Shown here in pieces: positions 60,836 through 64,000 of a DNA stretch of 64,000 nt. The position numbers were made by a program, and so were the translations under genes. Under the pieces are notes generated by a model. The model made no database searches and was not told the origin of the DNA. It saw only the letters and a program-made list of their open reading frames with translations. The stretch is from Elsinoe ampelina (Eukaryota): assembly GCA_010093995.1 (NCBI GenBank), contig ML992509.1, positions 604,178 to 668,177 on the forward strand. The letters run 5' to 3'. Positions within the stretch are counted from its first letter, which is position 1; every line of letters starts with the position of its first letter.

Positions 60836-62606
60836 ATGACTACCACCAGAGCCGCACCGCTGTTACGGGCAGCTTCAAGAGAATGGGCGAATACATACGC
60901 AAGAGCAAATGGTGGCTGGGTGTGCAGAAGTTGTCGAGGCCAGCTCATACGGATGTCATATCCAGCTCGATCTGGAGCAAAAGTGTCAAGCTCAGCGCTT
61001 AGGCCGGCTCGACAAAGAAACCCTGCCCCGGTCACCCGGACACGAGGATATGCAACCATGGCAGAGTACCGGAAAGGTGGGAAGCAAAGGACCGAACGAA
61101 AGGGACTTGGGCTGACCAGAAGAAAGATAACTACGGAGTCAAAGGGCCAATAGCGGAGTACGATGCTCGTGTGCAGTCTGGTAGATTGAGAAACGACGAG
61201 CATCAGCGAAGTATAACATATCATGGACCTTTGTCGACTAGTTCTGATAGAGTCAAACAGATTTGATAAGTGCACTGCAAGATCTTCATGTCATGCTTGC
61301 CTCGTACAATCCTCCAGAAGTAGTCCAGCCGACGATTGAATCGCTGCAACCGAGGAAAGGCCTCTTCTCCTCCTTATTCGGCACGTCTGCGCCATTGATG
61401 GATCTCTCGATCCCGGACACGCTACCAAAGGGACTCTATATGTACGGTGACGTTGGATCTGGTAAGACTATGCTTATGGATCTCTTCTACGACACGCTGC
61501 CTTCGAATATCAAGCACAAAACTCGCATCCATTTCCACAATTTCATGCAAGACGTTCACAAGCGATTGCACTCGGTCAAGTCCCAACATGGCTCCAACAT
61601 CGACGCCATCCCTTTTGTTGCCGCTCAGATTGCATCTTCAGCCAATGTTCTCTGCTTCGACGAATTCCAATGCACAGATGTAGCCGACGCCATGATTCTC
61701 CGCCGCCTGATTCAGGCTCTCATGCACCATGGTACTGTCCTTGTCACCACCTCTAATCGGCATCCGAAAGATCTCTACAAGAACGGTATCCAGCGGGAAT
61801 CCTTCATTCCCTGCATCAACCTTCTTCTTGCCCGTCTCCGCGTCCTCAACCTCGACTCCACCACCGACTACCGCAAGATCCCCCGTCCCCCATCAGGCGT
61901 CTACCATCACCCTCTTGATGAGGCCGCCAAATCCCACGCAGACCATTGGTTCCGCTTCCTAGGCGACCACGAGCACGATCCGCCCCACTCTGCCGTCCAC
62001 CAAGTCTGGGGCCGCCCCGTCCGCGTGCCCCTAGCATCAGGCAACTGCGCCCGCTTCACCTTCAAGGAACTCCTCGGCGGCGCCACGGGTGCCGCAGATT
62101 ATATCGAGCTCGTCCGCAGCTATAGCGCGTTCGTCATCACCGACGTGCCGGCCATGAATCTACGATCCCGCGATCTCGCACGCCGCTTCATCACTTTTGT
62201 CGACGCCGTGTATGAAGGACGAGGGAAACTCGTGCTCACCTCCGAGAAAGGTCTGGGCGAGCTCTTCGTCGGCCGCGACGATATCGGGGAGGCACTCCTT
62301 GCGCAAGGGAAAGGGGAGAATCAGAAGCGGAGAAATGGCCAGGACGGGAAAGGCGGCGGGAGCGATCACGGGGAGGCACTGGTCGGGGAGGATATAGAGG
62401 CGAACGTGAAGAAGTTGCAGGAGAGTCAGGCTTTTGGTGGTGGGGACGAGGAGACATTTGCTTTTGCGCGAGCGTTGAGTAGGTTGAGTGAGATGGGGAG
62501 CCAGGAGTGGGTTGAGCGGGGACTGGGGTTGGAGAAGAAGGGCGGGAGGGAGGAGGCAGAGGGATGGCAGAGAGTGAGGAGCAGATGGAGAGAAGACTCG
62601 ATGTGA
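60836..62606 (+). CDS. AFG1: AFG1/ZapE-family mitochondrial ATPase
   Basis: KGLYMYGDVGSGKTMLMDLF (Walker A), HFHNFM, LCFDEFQCTDVADAMIL, TSNRHP.DLYKNGIQR, ARRFITFVDAVY, FAFARALSRLSEM. Confidence 0.95.
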
Positions 62607-62706
62607 TGATTTGGATTTGAGATACCCCGTTGTAGAGTGTATTACAGTCGATCGCGTAGATATGAACCACCGAGATGGGAAACAGTACATCCAAGCATCA
62701 ACCCTC

Positions 62707-63627
62707 TCAGTCCTTCTTCGCCCAAGCACTATGCCTCTCCAAATACTCCCCCAACGACAACAGTCCAGGATGCTCCCTCCTCAACCCTGCAATATCAGCC
62801 TTATACCCCCCCTTCCCAATAAAATTCATCATCCGCTCCATATCGTGACTCGCCCACATCAACCCCCTACCGAAAATCCCCCACGTCTCCGGCAGCGGCA
62901 CACCTGCCTTTTCCCTAAACACCTCCCCAGCCTGCTTGAACGTCACCTCATCGCCCGCCAGACTAATCCCCTTCCCTGCCCGCGTGTCCGGGTTGCGGAA
63001 CGCTTGAGCAGCGAAATGCCCCACGTCTCTCACGGAAACAAGCTGCATGCCCTGATCCGCAGGTAAAGTGGTGCGCCATGCCGCGCCGAAGACCTTCCCG
63101 AAGAAGCTGGGGGTGAAGTTCTCCATGAACGCCACGGGGCGGAGGATGGTGTAGCGCATGTCTGTACCCTTGGCTTTCTCGACAAGGTGTTGCTCGATGT
63201 TGTGCTTCGAGAGGAAATGCGGGACGTCGGTCGAGGTGGTGGAGGAGGCGTCGCCTCCGCGGTCGACGGAGGTGTAGACGAAGTGTTTCACGCCTGCGGC
63301 GAGGGCGGCGTCGACGAGGGCTTTGCCTTGGGCTTCTTCGGTCGTGACGCCGCCTTTGCCCATGGGGGTTTGCACGGAGAAGACGCCTCAGATGTTGGGG
63401 TGGAGGGTTTTGGCGGCGGTGAGGAGGGAGGGGCCGTCGTTGAGGTCGCCGCGGACGAGTTTGATGTTGGGGGAGAGGGTGGTGAGGTGTTGTGCGGCGG
63501 GGGAGGTGGGGTTGCGGGTGACGGCGAGGATGGTGAAGTCGGGGGAGGTGGTGGGGGAGACGAGGGCGTTGATTACGGCGCCGCCTTGGTTGCCTGTGGC
63601 GCCGGTGATGAGGAGGCCTTTGGACAT
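62707..63627 (-). CDS. NmrA-like NAD(P)-binding protein with one in-frame TGA at 63388-63390 (pseudogene or recoded)
   Basis: LITGATGNQGGAV...VRGDLND...HPNI*GVFSVQTP...EEAQGKALVDAA..AGVKHFVYTSVDRGG...PHFLSKH.IE...LRPVAFMEN. The two ORFs are in the same frame, 12 nt apart. Confidence 0.88.
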
Positions 63628-64000
63628 GTTGACGGTGGTGTGCCTCCCAGATGATGTTTGGGTAATGACTCTCCGAGTGCCTTGTATGTATCTATTAATG
63701 TTGTGGTGTGTGCTTTGAGTTGAGGGTGCAGATGCAATTGACGTGCTTGCGACCGATCGAAGCTTACTCGTGAGGTCCTGTGATGATAGGAGGGGTGTTC
63801 AAATGACACAATTGGTTTCTCTTATATCATCACCTCAAATGGAGCGGACGAACAACCTCCCAGAAGCTCGGCGTGTATCAAGACAAGATGGCCGCAAGCT
63901 TTGAAAGCATCATATTGGGAGGATCGATCAGCCGTTGCATGGAAGCTCTCCCAGCAAAGCTCGGCGCCATCAAGCAGTGCGGCATGACAAAGCTGGGTGA

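Noticed and set aside
25891..63390. Genome-wide stop-codon reassignment (TAG or TGA = Trp)
   Set aside because: TAG and TGA both terminate conserved genes here at the expected C-termini (e.g. ADA2 and SDH5 with TAG; SLY1 and AFG1 with TGA), and TGG is used normally for Trp.

Overview
Gene-dense, intron-containing eukaryotic DNA from a filamentous ascomycete (Pezizomycotina; class not determinable from this window). About 28 protein-coding genes are supported. They are mostly conserved housekeeping genes (ADA2, NBR1-like, Btz/CASC3-like, SLY1, PNUTS-like, wetA, SDH5, ERV25, ORM1, NDUFA12-family, calponin-like, IFRD, G-patch, AFG1) plus catabolic and secreted enzymes (tartrate/D-malate dehydrogenase, ALDH, P450, sedolisin, S10 carboxypeptidase) and Zn2Cys6 regulators. 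The window also holds a U2 snRNA gene and a 154-bp pogo/Fot1-type MITE. Main oddities: (1) two otherwise intact genes (BTB-domain and NmrA-like) each carry a single in-frame stop exactly where a Trp is expected, so recoding or editing must be weighed against pseudogenisation or sequencing error; (2) recurrent 1-1.5 kb islands are C-rich on the left and G-rich on the right of the + strand regardless of gene orientation; (3) a ~10 kb accessory block carries two tandem paralogues with an unrecognised domain and members of a three-copy F-box-like family. Exon boundaries were read by eye and are approximate. No database searches were run.
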